NCBI RefSeq assembly: GCF_022045235.1
Contig: NW_027266308.1
Coordinates: 52,390,001 to 52,454,000, forward strand
Source: Haliotis cracherodii
Taxonomy: Eukaryota
DNA length: 64,000 bases
Direction of reading: 5' to 3'
The notes below the pieces were generated by a model. The model worked only from the letters and a program-made list of their open reading frames with translations, was not told the origin of the DNA and searched no databases. Both the position numbers and the translations under genes were made by a program. Shown piece after piece: positions 38,201-51,900 of the stretch; position 1 is the first letter of the stretch; the number at the start of each line of letters is the position of its first letter.

Positions 38201-41200
38201 AGTCTGCCACCTACAGGAGTCTCTACAAAGGGTACAACTGGAGGCAAAAGTTCCCAGTTGGAGCTGTGATTCCTGGATGAAGAACGGCAATCCCTGGTAG
38301 ATGTGAGTGAGTAATCCCAGCTATGGCGATCCTTGTGAAGGTTAGAGGACGAACATGTACGATCATTCTGAGGCATAGTCGAATCCATCATTGTCGATTT
38401 AGGAGTGACTGTACGCTTAGCCGAATGGGTGAGCTTGACGATGACAGAAACATCACGTAAAGGAGCGGGGGACGACAATCGATTGGTAGCTGATGATCAT
38501 GGAAAAATAGCAGGGTTGAAGCTGCTTGGATGAGTCGTCTGTAGAACCATGCAGAGGTCTGAGGCGGCTGGTTTCTCCACTGTAGGCGGGAACAAGGATG
38601 TAATGAGGACAGAGACTGTTGAACTGGGGGGGCGCTGAAGATGGTTTGATGACAGACACAGAGGACGGGACAACTGGCTTGATCACCCTCTTAGGCTTCT
38701 TAGTAGAGGAAAACCATGTTCCACGTCTTTGGACTTAGACTGCCGGTCAACTTCCTGCTTGTGGCGATTGCGTAGGTAGACGGTAAAGGATTTATATGTG
38801 AGATGGGTACATCATTTGTCTTTACTACAATGGCCGCGACAATCACAACAGAGAGGATCCGAATGGAGAAAGTTTGTCTGCACATGAGACATGCCAGGAG
38901 ATTTTTAATGTTCGGTACCCATCTTCCCTCAGGTTATAACATAAAGATAATCAATACATGGTGATGCTATGTGTTTTTGTGAAATGTTTTTAGATGCTGG
39001 AAACTTTGTTCAAGCATGTTTCCACAGAAAGATTTAAAAAAAAGGAAGAAATGCATCGTGCATAGTTTGAGATAGGATAAGTTTAAAAATTTAACATTGT
39101 AAAAATACCTACGGGAGACATGTAATATGGAGTTCCAACATAGGTCTTGGCGAAACTTGTTTCATGATGCAGTACCCTGGCTAGTCCAAAGTCTCCAAGT
39201 TTTACATTCCTGTCTGCATCAAGGAACACGTTTGCAGGCTTTAGATCACGATGAAGAACAGCTTTGCCATTTTTTCGTCTGTGGCATTCTTGTAGAGCCA
39301 AAGTCATTTGTATGAGAATTTTCCATGCAAAGTTTTCGTCAACATGCAAACTGCAAATCGAAATAGCTCATATTACTACATGAAGAACATAATAGATTAC
39401 ATATTAAAAACATGTTTAATTCACACATATTACACACAAAATTAACCATAGGGGTAGAAGGGAGGGACTTAACATTTTGATACCAGCATGTGCATTTCAG
39501 CGATTCTCAATGCTAGTTGGTTGGGCGAATTGATATGTCAAATTGTTCCATTGTTGAAGAAAATATATGATGTGAACAACTGTTCATCATGTTATCATTT
39601 TTTAACAGGTTAACTCTGCTGGGCTGTCATGTCATATTTTTTAAATTAATTTTCACTCTTAAAATGACAAAGGGTAATATATGGGCTAGCCATCTCAAAA
39701 CTCTGGCTCGCTGGCTCTGGACTTACACCACTCATTCACCAGGACCAATAATTAGTAATTCTCGTAAGACCAAACATTATTAGCATATGTTCCCAGGCCT
39801 GGGGCACAGTTAAAGAGCAGTCAGCCAAAAAAGGCTTGGCCTAGTCATATCTTCGACACCTGACCACTGTGACATTACTTTCATGCCATAGTTCCATTTT
39901 CTGTTTTGCTTGTTCTATTAACCTTACCAAAACTACTTTTCCTGTTTCTCATTGGTATTCTGTCTAGTGTGTTTGGAATGAGGAAAGGCATGTTCAAGTA
40001 AACAAATCCTTTATTTTATTTACTTTGTCTCTGCTTCTGCATAACATCTACTTAACAAAGTAGCATACAAAACTGGTTCTGTATCGTGCAGCTAGTACCA
40101 GTCTAAATAATTGAGTGGATAGCTCAATCAGGTACAGGTACATACATTATTGTTAAATCAAAATAGGAATAACCATGAAAGAACTTAAAAGCTTTCCTAA
40201 TATTAATTCCCAACTTCCATTTCACTTCATGTTCAAGCTATAACAGTGAGTGAGTGAGAGTATGGTTTTACGCCGCTTTTAGCAATATTCCAGCAATATC
40301 ATGGCAGACACCAGGAATGGGCTTCACACATTGTACCCATGTCGGGAATCGAACCCGGGTCTTCGGCGTGACGAGCGAACGCTTTAACCACTAGGCTACC
40401 CGACCGCCCCTCAAACTATAACAGGAGATTGTTAGTGCCATTACAATCTTCAAATAACTCACCCCTCCTTTCTGGATTTAGCAATGAGTGTGGAAAGATC
40501 CCCACCCTCACAAAACTCCATGATGATGTAGATGGTGGTGTTATTGCGGTCGATGATGCGATCATAGTAACGGACAATGTGTTCATGTCGAAGTTCACGT
40601 AACAAGTTGACCTCTGACACAAGCATCTGCTTTTCTGATTCTGTCATGGAACCATAGTCCATCTCTTTCCACACAAGTACCTGGAATAGATCAGTGTTAA
40701 TTTAAACTAAACTCAAGCAAGTCATTTACTCAGGGATTGAAATAAACAAAGAAAGTCTAGTAGCCTGACATATAGCAAGACTCAGACAAAAATACAATAA
40801 GAAGAACTGGTTAATCTCATCATAAGTTTCTACAAGGAAACATTCAAGATGTCACTAAACCTGTTAAATGAAGTCATTTACTCAGGGATGGAAATTAACC
40901 AAGGTCTAGTAGCTTGAATAGTGATGACATATACAGTGATATAGCAATACAAAGAATGTCTACTATCCCGGATCGTGATAACACATAACAATAAACCCAG
41001 AAATGTTTGAAATTCAACTAGCTCTTAAGATACCTTTAACATTAACAAAACTGGTTTGCGCTAAACGACTGGTACTAATAACCATCCCTGTTTACTGTTT
41101 AATATTATACTTGATTATCTTCATGTGACCAAACTATGCAAAAAAGGAAAACTTTGGTTCTTGGTTCTCAGGCATGAAAAAGAAAACATAAAATTGTGAA

Positions 41201-41415
41201 CCACGGGCATGTCTTGAAACACACTGTTTCACACCTTAAAAAGCCCAAATTTGAAAGGTCATTGCCTGTAAACTAATTGTTTCAAGTGATAAGTTATGAG
41301 TGACAAACAGACATTATACCTTTCCATCTTTTTTCCTCCTGATCTTTTTGCAGGTTCCATAGGAACCTGTTCCTATTGTTGTGACCACTTCAAAGTCATC
41401 AAGAGTTGAGGGCAT
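30369..41415 (-). CDS. NEK2: NIMA-related kinase 2, Nek2A-like, 471 aa from the canonical ATG; exons 41415-41320, 40680-40463, 39350-39113, 37247-37038, 36730-36535, 35953-35899, 35047-34941, 30664-30369
   Basis: MPSTLDDFEVVTTIGTGSYG, VWKEMDYGSMTESEKQMLVSEVNLLRELRH, HRDLKPANVFLD, DFGLAR, SYNEKSDIW, coiled coil, KKRVSF, KEN, C-terminal LLYFR. All junctions are GT-AG and phase-consistent (1416 nt total). Confidence 0.95.
31464..32449. mobile_element. Non-autonomous DNA transposon with TTAA TSD and AG termini (Kolobok-like)
   Basis: ttaa|agggcaagtaaagt ... actttacttgccct|ttaa. Confidence 0.75.
32655..33152. mobile_element. MITE of the same CAATCTCATTA family, opposite orientation, perfect 10-bp TSD
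   Basis: TSD atatgaaggg on both sides; about 70-bp TIRs. Confidence 0.85.
35186..35236. repeat. (CA)n microsatellite
   Basis: Directly visible. Confidence 0.95.
36026..36299 (-). mobile_element. Penelope-like element remnant with inverted terminal copy and hammerhead-like motif
   Basis: 12-bp TSD atatctggaaac; about 35-bp inverted repeat; minus strand CTTGATAAA-stem-GAAACGTC followed by AATAAA. Confidence 0.6.
37369..39081. mobile_element. Long-TIR (about 130 bp) element enclosing cargo, in a NEK2 intron
   Basis: cttatcatatctcacac...gcatcaccatg versus catggtgatgc...tgagataggataag; lone ends of the same family at about 54778 and 61930-62041. Confidence 0.75.
37563..38480 (-). pseudogene. 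Frameshifted DIRS-type retrotransposon reverse transcriptase fragment
   Basis: PVGGRLSLFAANW...LQNGYILP, then in another frame DVFHHVPIHREHRYFLW..FQGRHYKWKVLPFWISSALWLFIRI; YLDD motif degraded. Confidence 0.8.
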
Positions 41416-42171
41416 CCTAGGACTAAAGAATAAAGAATGTTGGATAATCAGACAAAACGATAAACGTTTGTCAAACTGCAATGAAACCTGGATAAATGGA
41501 TATGTTTGGGATTTTAGTAAATAGGGTGGGTAGATTTGTTGGCCTTCTTGGAATTTTAAGGCCTTAGTGATTCATTTTTATATTTCAGTATGTATATATA
41601 TATATTATATGATAGTGATAGGAGTTAGTTTCAATTTCTCAAAACTTTAACATGTTCATACATTGTAAACTGCAATCAACAGTATCAAATATGCATGCAA
41701 AGAATTTACTTTTTACAATTGCAAAATAGAGAATGTACAAAATAAGGAAATAATAATGGTTTAACACACACTATAAATGTTGTAGGCTTCTTGACTGAAG
41801 CTTATTTAACCTGTTTCCAACCAATTTTTATATAATAAAATAAATATTGGTTTCAGTGTTATTCCATGTAGATTTCTAATTGCATCTACTAACAGTAATA
41901 TTACAATGTCTGTTTTCCCCCCTTCAAAACATAATAAAACAAACATGATTGTCATGCAGGATAACAAGCTGTCCTATATCTAGTATTCTCTAAATCTAAT
42001 CTGGATGAAGCCAGAACCTACTATGATGTGACGAATGACACAACACTGACCTGCAGCACATCACTCTGATGTTATCAGTAATCTTTATTACTCAGATTGA
42101 CATGCACACATAATATCCAAAATCTATGAGGTAGCTCACAGAAGTATTCCTGGAGTGATATTATGACTTAC

Positions 42172-42516
42172 GTTTTTAACAAATTCATTGATTGCGCTGG
42201 TACAATATTACTATGCACCACATCAGCTACCAGCTGGTGATTAGATTTCTCTGCAGATTTACTCTGCCTAGAATGTTTACTTTCTGCTTTTCCTGACACA
42301 TGATGCCCGGAAGATGTAGCTTGTTCCTGCTTTACTGAATTGATAGTATCCATTTCTGAACTCATATATGAGGACTTAAACAAATCTGGTCAAACAAAAA
42401 ACAACACAGGTACACCATGTTGTCATAAAATTGGGACAGCTATCGATACACGGACACTCTCTTGATCTACCTGTCTCAACTTGCCGTGACTTTCGACCAA
42501 TGGAACACCCAGTCAT
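42172..42516 (-). CDS. NEK2: Candidate upstream NEK2 coding exons (42516-42471, 42385-42172) adding 87 aa in frame
   Basis: ATG...ACA G|gtag; ccag|AT TTG...AAA AC|gtaagt; ctag|G ATG CCC. No stop through both junctions. Confidence 0.55.
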
Positions 42517-42718
42517 GCAGATTGTGATGCTGTGTCTGAACACGCTTCAGCCAGAGCGGGGCTACTTCATAATTTGACTATTTAGTACCAACAAACCACA
42601 TGGTATGAAACATCGATAATTGTTGTTTTGATTACAAAATCAAGAGAAAACTCTGGATACGATGCATAAGTGTTGACAGATTTGTTTTGATATCGCTGTA
42701 TCATTTTCACTTCTTGGC

Positions 42719-42852
42719 TTCGAAACTGCCGCACTCATCTAACACGTTTCCTGATTGGTCACTTGACTAAACGTAACGACGTATTTTATTGGTTGAAGGA
42801 GTAGAGGGCAAAGTTTATTCGAGGTCATGTGATTTAGTCAAAATGGCAGCGC
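42719..42852. promoter_or_regulatory. Bidirectional NEK2/ZFYVE26 promoter: two CCAAT boxes plus CDE/CHR-like element (-) and YY1-like AAAATGGC (+)
   Basis: ATTGG at 42754-42758 and 42788-42792 (34 bp apart); minus strand GCGG-cagt-TTCGAA at 42732-42719; aaaatggcagcg at about 42840. Confidence 0.6.
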
Positions 42853-42962
42853 ACACATGATAAGAACCATAACAGAAATGTTTTTATTTTGAAATTTACA
42901 AGATAACCCGTAACCGTCTACTGTAATAGACATGTGCGATCGAGAGTCATTCATTAGGAAGC

Positions 42963-45900
42963 ATGGCCTCAATATCACAATCCTCTCGATCACATCCCTC
43001 CTCCATAAACAGAGAGGGGGAGGAAACTATTGCTATGTTGTACAAGAGCTTCAGCAACAATTTACTTCTGGGACAGTGGGAGTTGGCACGAGCCTGCCTT
43101 TCTCAACTTAGCAAGGACTGTCATCAAATTGGCGTTGACATCAAGGATGTGTTACGCAAAGTAGCTGCATATCCATTTGATTCAAGGTATTTCATGCTGT
43201 TGAATTTAACATATTGATACAGAGAAGTGTATTATATTTCAAAGAATATGGTTCCCAACTGTCAGTTTGGCAGATATCTTATGATATTTGTACATACACC
43301 TTTATATGCTGTTGTTGATTAGTGTTAATTAGTGATACTCATGAAGCATGAACCTATGATAAACTGTTCAATGACTTTCTCCATTTACACACTCACTGCC
43401 AAAAGAAATGGGAATACCATACATGTTGGTTCATATGTGAAGACTTACTCATATTCAGAGATATATAATTGGTTTGATGCACAAACGAACATACTGGTAT
43501 GTTGTATGAACTGATGCTCATGAACGCATCACATGTGATCAGGGTGCACCATTTGTCTTGTACAGGATTGGCATGTAATGTTTGGAAATCATGTGCAGCA
43601 TATCGTGATAAGAATAAAGACACTCTGTGGTAACACTTGACTGATTGTTAGTTTTGTCATTATTGGCACACCTTGGAAACATCTCTTCTTAACGTTCTTA
43701 CTTCTCTATGTGTTGCTACGGTTCGTTTTTCTTTTGGCGGTGAGTATATTTCCCAACACATTTAGCCAAGTATTAATTTGGATTCATATGTACATGCTCA
43801 ATGTAAGTGGATCTACAGTCTAGACATCATAGGCAGTGCCATGTGTGAAACTGAGACACTGGTACTGTATACATTAATTAGCATAGTCTGTAACTGCATG
43901 ATTGATCATAGGATTTCAATTAGTAGACAGTTGTTAAGTGGTTATTGAATAACTTCAATCAAACCTGCTAGTATTGCCTACTGACTAGAGACTCATGCCC
44001 CTGTACATGTTCTCAGGTTCTTGTAGTTTGAAAGAAAAACATATCCCTGGGGATTAAAGTGGAAATATGAGATCCTCAAGTAACTAATCATGCTAATGGC
44101 AAGATAGTATTGATGATCACCTACCTTATTTCATTTGTGATGACGTTAGCACCATTAGAATATTCAATGAAAAAATAGTTTTATAGGTTTGTATTATTTG
44201 TAAGGTTTATTTATCTACAGTTATGGTTCAGCGTCGCTCAGCAGTCCTCATGAATTGTCATGGTTGTGTCTTCTTGAATGCAAACAACTGGAAGACTGGA
44301 GTGAAGATAAGGTACATAATTAGCACGTTCAATGTGACCAAAATTGGCCTGAGTTTGTCAATGATTGTTTTACCTAGATGATAAGTTTTTCCTCTTATCA
44401 TGCACATGCATTAACTAAGTGATTGATTGTTAGAGCAACTGTAGTCTTTTGTATAGTTATGAAAGCCCAGTTTAGCATGTGGAAGACTTGTTAGATAGAT
44501 CAATCATTTCCTGCCATTTCCACTATATTACACACCATAACAATGCCTAGTTTACCTAATGTAACTTGTGTAAACTGTAATGAGGTCTAAAACAAAAATG
44601 TTTCATTTGCATTAAATTCAACATTTTGGTCATTTATGTTTTGTAGCATGTGATATGTCACTGTATATTAAGTGGAACTTGTAATTGCCATTTATGTTGA
44701 TAATGATGTCAATAAGAATGCAGATAAAATCTTTTGTGTTGTCATCTAGAATTGAAGTAATTGAATGTTTGGAACTACACATCTTCCCGAGGCAAGAGCG
44801 TCCACTAGCCTTTTTATCAAAGTCTTGTTTCCACCCTTGCCACATCGAGCCCTCTTTTCTGTGCTAAAGATGATTGGACTATTGCACATATCGATAATCC
44901 AATCAGGGAACGTTTCACAAAATCAACATCCACGACTGGTACACCTTCGTATGAAAGTGATTTACCACAGTCTTTGTTGACACAAATATGTCTTTTTCAA
45001 GTTTTAGACCCCCCAGGAATTGCCTATGTATTTTTGTCAGGGATGAAATGACAAATGTTTTCGTTATCTGATCAACGAGGTTGTCGCCTAATGTAGTCAC
45101 CGTTTTTGTGAAGCTATATGGGATAAGAACAGAGATCATATTGGATATCGCTTTTCATTACAAGCGCACAACTCATGATCTTCGCGGGGTGGCGCCAGGG
45201 TCAAGCCAAGAAAAGTGGCCTTGATGTGGCAAGGGTAAAAAGAAGGCTTTGGTATAGGCTAGTGGGCACGCTTGACTCGGGAAGATGGGTACTACATTAC
45301 TTTCTTTTATGTGAATCATGATAAGTAACAGTTTCCTTACTGGATGGTGACAACTGATGCTGGGCTGTGTTTTTTACTCTTTTCAGAACGAATCCCCCAG
45401 TTACTTGACGAAAGAGATCCAGTTTAGATTGCTTCTGACCCAAACATGTCAGGAGGCAGATTCAGAAGTCATTAAAGTAAGTGATCTTTCTTATAGCTCA
45501 TTGGAATTAGTTTCTTTGGATAATTCTGCTCATTTGTGCAACTGGGGAATTTCATGATTTATTAATGATGCTTTTGTTCGTAAATGTTTAAATGAAACTT
45601 TTGACCATCCATATCATAATTTTCTATAGGCTATCTTGCCAAAGACCCGGGTTTGATTCCCGACATGGGTACAATATGTGAAGCCCACTCTGGTGTTCCC
45701 TGCCGTGATATTGCTGGAATAGTGCTAAAAGCGACGTAAAACTCACTCAGTCACTATAGACTATCTCAAGTTATTTCTTGTCTTTAGGAATGTATTGTAA
45801 TCCTTAAGTCCAGCAAGCAAATCACAAAGACTATCTGGAAGGTTTTGTTTCATTGTCTATCATGTTTATATGATGGAATGAAATAGAGTAATTAATACAT

Positions 45901-48900
45901 ATACTGTAGGTGTGTGTGTGTGGGGGAAGAAGTTACAATGACAATAATCATATTGAAAAATCATCCCATTAACCTATTTTGAGTAGTATATTTTAATCTT
46001 TGTATGCCCCAAATCTTTAACTTCTAACATTAGGGTTAGGACAAGGAACCCTTGATTTTCATACTTAATTCTGAACATAGCTACGGTATGTGTCAAATTA
46101 AGCTTGTATTTTTGGCAGGTAGTTCTGAACACGGCCATGTTATTGTAAATCAAAATTCTATGCTGACCTGGGACATTGATGGCTGCTACATGAGCTTCAC
46201 ATGAAATGTTATGTTGCAGGACCTATATCTGTGCTTCAAGCACATCCACTCACCTCCACCAACCTCATCACAGAGAGCATCTCCTCTGTCCAAGGGCACT
46301 CTGACCCACATTCAGCATGTTCTCCTGACCTGGCCATCACAAGGGTTTGCCCTCATAACATCCCTCACGCCTCCTCAAACACATGAGAGACAAGAACATA
46401 AACAACAAAAACAACGGAGTAATGAAGAACGCAACAGCGAAAACCTGCAAGGTGTTTACCTCGACTGTATCAACAAACACCTCGACACCCTGTCTAAGTG
46501 TTCCAGCAAGGAAAGGACAAAATGTGAACAGATTTTTGTCCAGGTATACACCCTGCTGTCGTTTTACAACCCGGTACCGTTTTGGAATTACTCTCAGCTG
46601 CAGCAGTTGTTCACACGGTTGCTGCAGCTGTCTCATCAACATGACTGCAGCATCAGGAAGGACAAGATACTTTCTGTGTTGCTGGGAAGGGATTGCCCAT
46701 ATCTGATGGAGACATTTTGTAAGTTAGACCACGAACTGAGTCTGGCTTCAAAAGTCAAGCATGGTGGAACTGATCGTCTGACTGATAGTGAGAAGGATGT
46801 GATTCACTTGTTTCGAGGTCTCGACAGTGAAGAATGTTGGAGGAACCTCTTTTTGCTTTCCACTCAGAGACAGAGGCATTTCCTGCAGATGGTGTTGGTC
46901 AGTATCTTATAAGCTAAACATTCATTCTTATTCAACCTCTCCAGCTGTAGGTCATGTACTGTCTCAAATATAGAATCTCACCCCAGTGTCTTTTGATATT
47001 GATTTATCATCCAAACCTGGCTCCCTCAGGAGATATCGCTTGGGTGAGATCAAACGATATCTACGCTGTAGATATCGCTGCAATGAAATTGCATCACAAT
47101 GCTTTGCAGACCATTGTGATATCATTGGTTACCATGATGTCACAATCAAATGACATCACTAATGGCTCTGCTACTGAAGCTGTTAGCAGTACTTTTTACA
47201 CATAAGACACTGCTTATTACTGTCTGCAAACTGAAAAAGTTGGAAGAATGATGTTGGATGATAAATAAAATCTCACCCTTGTGTCTTTTGATATCAAATA
47301 TATCAACACTCGTTGATAAAAGTGGAAAAAATCCTCGGCAAGCCTCAGAGTTTTTGCACTTTTATCAACTCGTGTTGATATATTTGATATCAAAAGACAC
47401 TCTGGTGAGATTCTCTATATATCAACATCAGACGATAACAGAAGCTTGCCAAGGAGTTTTAAACATTATAGATAAGTTTTGATATATTTAATATCCGAAG
47501 ACATTAGGCTAAGATTCTCTATTTGCTGCGGTATTATCAAAAATGTTTCTTGAGTGTAAACTGTACAGCTAACCAGTCTGAGTGAGAGAGATGAGTGATG
47601 TCATTTGATTGTGATGTCATGACGTCATTATAGTCTGAAAGGAATTGTGATGCAATTTCATTTCAGCGATATCTCCTGAGAGATGTCACTTGATCTCACA
47701 CAAGTGATATCTTTTGTGGAAGCCAATTTGGATGGTGAATGTTCTTTTCTAGAATTGGGGGTATTGATGAATTTCAATTTCCGTTAATGAACTTCATTCA
47801 GTTCATACCCGTGAAGATCCGGGGTAATATAGATCTTCAGCAACCCATGCTTGTCGTTAATAGCAATTATGCTTGTCGTTAGAGGTGACTAACAGGATCG
47901 GGTTGTCAAGGTCGTTGACTCGGTTGATGCATGTCATCGTATCCCAATTGCATGGATCTATGCTCATGTTGTCAATCACTGGATTGTCTGGTCCCAACTC
48001 AATTATTTACAGACCACTGACATACAGATGGAATATTGCTGAGTGTGGCGTTAAACAACAAACAAACCAATCATTTTGTATTTTATTTTTATGAATTCTT
48101 CTTTACCTCTGATAAATTTATTGAGAAAAGTGTATTGATATTAATATCTGTATGAAATTCCTATGGTCCTTACTTTCACTAAAGAGGTAAACATTATAGC
48201 CCCGAATCACTTTAATGTTTCCTCCCGCATGCTGTGATATAACAGCAATACTGTTCAAAGGGGCCTCACTCACTCTGTAAACATGGTAAAGAAACTTAAT
48301 ATCCCCTTGCTTCTCTTTAAGGAAACCTCCCTTAGCTTGATACGATGCGGACAATTTGAAGAGCTTAAGGACTTACTGAGACCGACAGAGTTACACCCCC
48401 TTAAGCCAGTCGTCTTGCTGCTCGGCTGGTCACTGTGTACAACTTCAACAGTTGCCAGGAAACTGTTGGATGTTCTTTGGGATGAAAAGGTATTTACACA
48501 AAACAATGTTCTAGATAATTGTATGTGAACAAGGCATAGTGGGGAAAAACATATTTTGGCTATTAGTTGCTACTACAGTTAACATTTTTCATATACTAAT
48601 TCCAGTTGAGAAGTTTTACATTTGCTGCAGACTTTCTTGAATATCAGCCTCAGAGAATGCCTAGATAGTCCATATGTGTTATTTTGACATGTTTGGGCAT
48701 AATTGTGAAGATATTGAACTCCATATGGATTCAGTGTGAAGTAAGCAAATCGTCAGGAATTTCTTTCACTCATTAACAGCCTGAATGTCTCAAATGATGT
48801 TCAGTTCCAATATCCTGCCTTTCAGCATGTTTAGGGCTGGGGTGAGTCCAAATTTACTATGCCGGTACCTGTTCACCTATTACCCGCCCCTACCCGGGTA

Positions 48901-51900
48901 CCTGCTGTAGGTCATAAGTTGGGAACAAAATGTTCAGTTTGGGAATTGTTTTACTGGAGCCTTGGCAAAAAGTGTTTAGATATAGTATAAAATGATCTGA
49001 TTGTGTATGTTACACCATGATAACTCATAAAAGCACTTGATGTGGATCTAATTATTATAGGGTAACTTAGTATAAATGTTATACCATGATAACTACTTGA
49101 GTTGACTGAAACTCAAACATACTGTCTTTACTCAAACACATAAAAGTCAGAAGAAATGTGCCCATAGTCAGAAAGAATTGCTAACATTTATAGCGACGTG
49201 TACTAGTGTAACCATGGAATTATAATTATTGTCATTTAACCATATATCACATGACTAACCACGGGTCCAGGTAGTCTTGTGGGTACCCAGGACCCTAGTC
49301 AGGACCCACACGACCCTAGTACCCGAGTTACCCGTCCCAGCCCTACTGCCTGTTTAGATCTATGGAAATACTGTCACAATTAGGCGTACTTCTTCCTATT
49401 CCGTATTGTATCGGAAATCATCATTGGAAAGTTACAGAAAATGATACATTTTTTTCCGAAATTTAATGTTGTTTAGAATTACTGATCCTTATGATGATTG
49501 CCCCGGGTATTGATTCCATGTGTTTAGTTGCAACCCATGTTTGATTTTGACATTTTGTGGAATTCTGATTTTGGTTATCATATATTAGAACTCCATCAAC
49601 TCATTGTTTATATTCCAGACACCGTGTCGGCATCCTGCCCTGGCTGCTGGCTGCCGCAAGTTGGCATACCAAATTGACCTCATTCAGTGGTGCCTTGATA
49701 GAACCAAGTAGGTGGAGCTGTTAACCGTCCCATACATACAGGATATTATATGAGTGTTCATGTCATACCATACTATGTTTGACCGCCTCCGTGGTCTAGT
49801 GGTAGAGCGTCTGCCCGGAGAGCGGAAGGTTCGGGGTTCGATCCCCGACCGCGTCATACCAAAAGACGTTAAAAGATGGTACTTGTTGTTACCCTGTCTG
49901 GCGCTCGGCATGAAGGGGCTAAAACAAGGACTGGTCGGCTCGGAGTCAGTATACTGTGTCTGAGTGGGGTATTCATGTTAAACTGTGGCATGGTATCTCA
50001 GTGTGCTAGCACTATAAATCAGCATCAGTCCGGACTAGTACAAGCAGCCACACAAACACACACACGTACATGCACGTCGCTATATAAGTGCAATAATCTT
50101 GGACGCGATGTTAAACCCCATTTCACCTCACCTCACCGTACTATGTTTACGACACAAGTCTTTTAATACTGGAATTTGGGCACGAATGTCGTAAACATAG
50201 TATGATGTGAAAAAAAAAATAATGTTCTATTTATTACTGAAGAAGATGTCTACATACAGAGATGAATTTTAGTGCAAGTCGCAACAGCAGCAGAACCACA
50301 ATTTGTCAAATGGCGTCAACAATCTTCAGCTATGACGTGTCTAGTGTGACGTCATTCCAACCTCACGTCACAATAAGATTTGAATGATGTCAACAATCCC
50401 ATCCGGATGACGACAACAATACACTGTTGTCTCGTGACGTGATATGACCCAAGGGCACGTATGATTTATATGAACCCTGATATGTGTGCCTTCGTAGGTT
50501 ATAAGCCGTGATACACACTGCTGCGTGTATTGATAACAATATTTGAGGTTAGCTTGTGGTGTAAGCACAAATGTTGGTTACATGTCTGATGCAAAATTTA
50601 TGAAACAACAAATTGTCAAGGTGTAGAGAAAGAATTGTAATTCATGCTTGTGTTTAGACAACTCAACAGGTTATATTTGATAGTCAAATGATGTGAATGA
50701 TATTCTTGAGAATTGAAGAGTAAATATGTTTTTGATCATGGGAGATAATTTGTATGTATTGAGGTTTGATAATTACATAGAGACTGAAAACCCGCCGTGC
50801 TGGTTTGTGCAAATATTTGTGTTCATCCTGAAGTGATGTTATGGAAAGCCATCAGATGAGTATTGTGGCTGAGTAACATGTAATACAACTGTCAGTGAGG
50901 GTTTACATTTATTTAAATACTTTAGTTTATATACTTAATTATTATTTTGGGGTATGATGAGTCTTTGAGTATTTTTGATGCCCAGAAATAGGAAAGTGCT
51001 TTATTTGCAAGAAAAGACTCATTCTCGTGTAAATGAAGTGATTAGTAAGGATGAGATTGCTACTAACCAACTGACTTCACGAGTTGATCCTGGCAGTGGA
51101 ATGACATATGAAGTTTTAACAGTTCTTATTTCTATGATTGTTGAGATGTTCAAAGATGGTACTTGTTGTTACCCTGCCTGGTGTTCAGCAATAAGGTTAT
51201 AAAATAAGGACTGCTTGGTTCGGAGTCGGTATAATGTGAAACTGTGGCATGATATTCTGCGAACTAGCACTATAAAACCGTCTTTAAGTCCACACTATAC
51301 CTGACAAACAACTACACACTCACATGCTTACACTTTACTACGTGAGTGAAAACATATTGAACATGCTGTTTAACCCCATTTGACCTTACCTGTGAATTTT
51401 GTGTCAGGTATTATTATTTAACAGTAAGAATTCTCACATATTTCAATGTTATTCTTGAAAAGTTTTCTAATGCTTTTTGTAAGAGGATTGGGTGGCCAGG
51501 CTTGCTGACTTGCTTTATGGATGTCCCCATATCCCAGTTTCCTAGATCGATGCTCATGAGGTCAGTCACTGGAATGTCTGGTCCAGACTCGATTATTTAC
51601 AGACCGCCGCCATAAGCTTGAAAAATTGCTGAGTGTGGCGATAAACAACAGACAAACCCCCACCACCATCCCCCACCCCGCTCCCTCACCCCCTCAATTA
51701 TAAGTACTCCCGAGCTGTGAATGAGCCGTGTGTGTTGTCAGACCCCTGCTGGAGTCGAGCGGTGTTGGTGTAACTAACCAGGAGAGAGCGACACATCTAC
51801 TGCAGGGCCTGGAGGCCCACTCAGTGTTATTTGTCCTGCACCAGTCCACAACGCTTGCCTCCCTTGACCAGCAGGAGGTGCTCCAGCTGCTCCAGAACAC

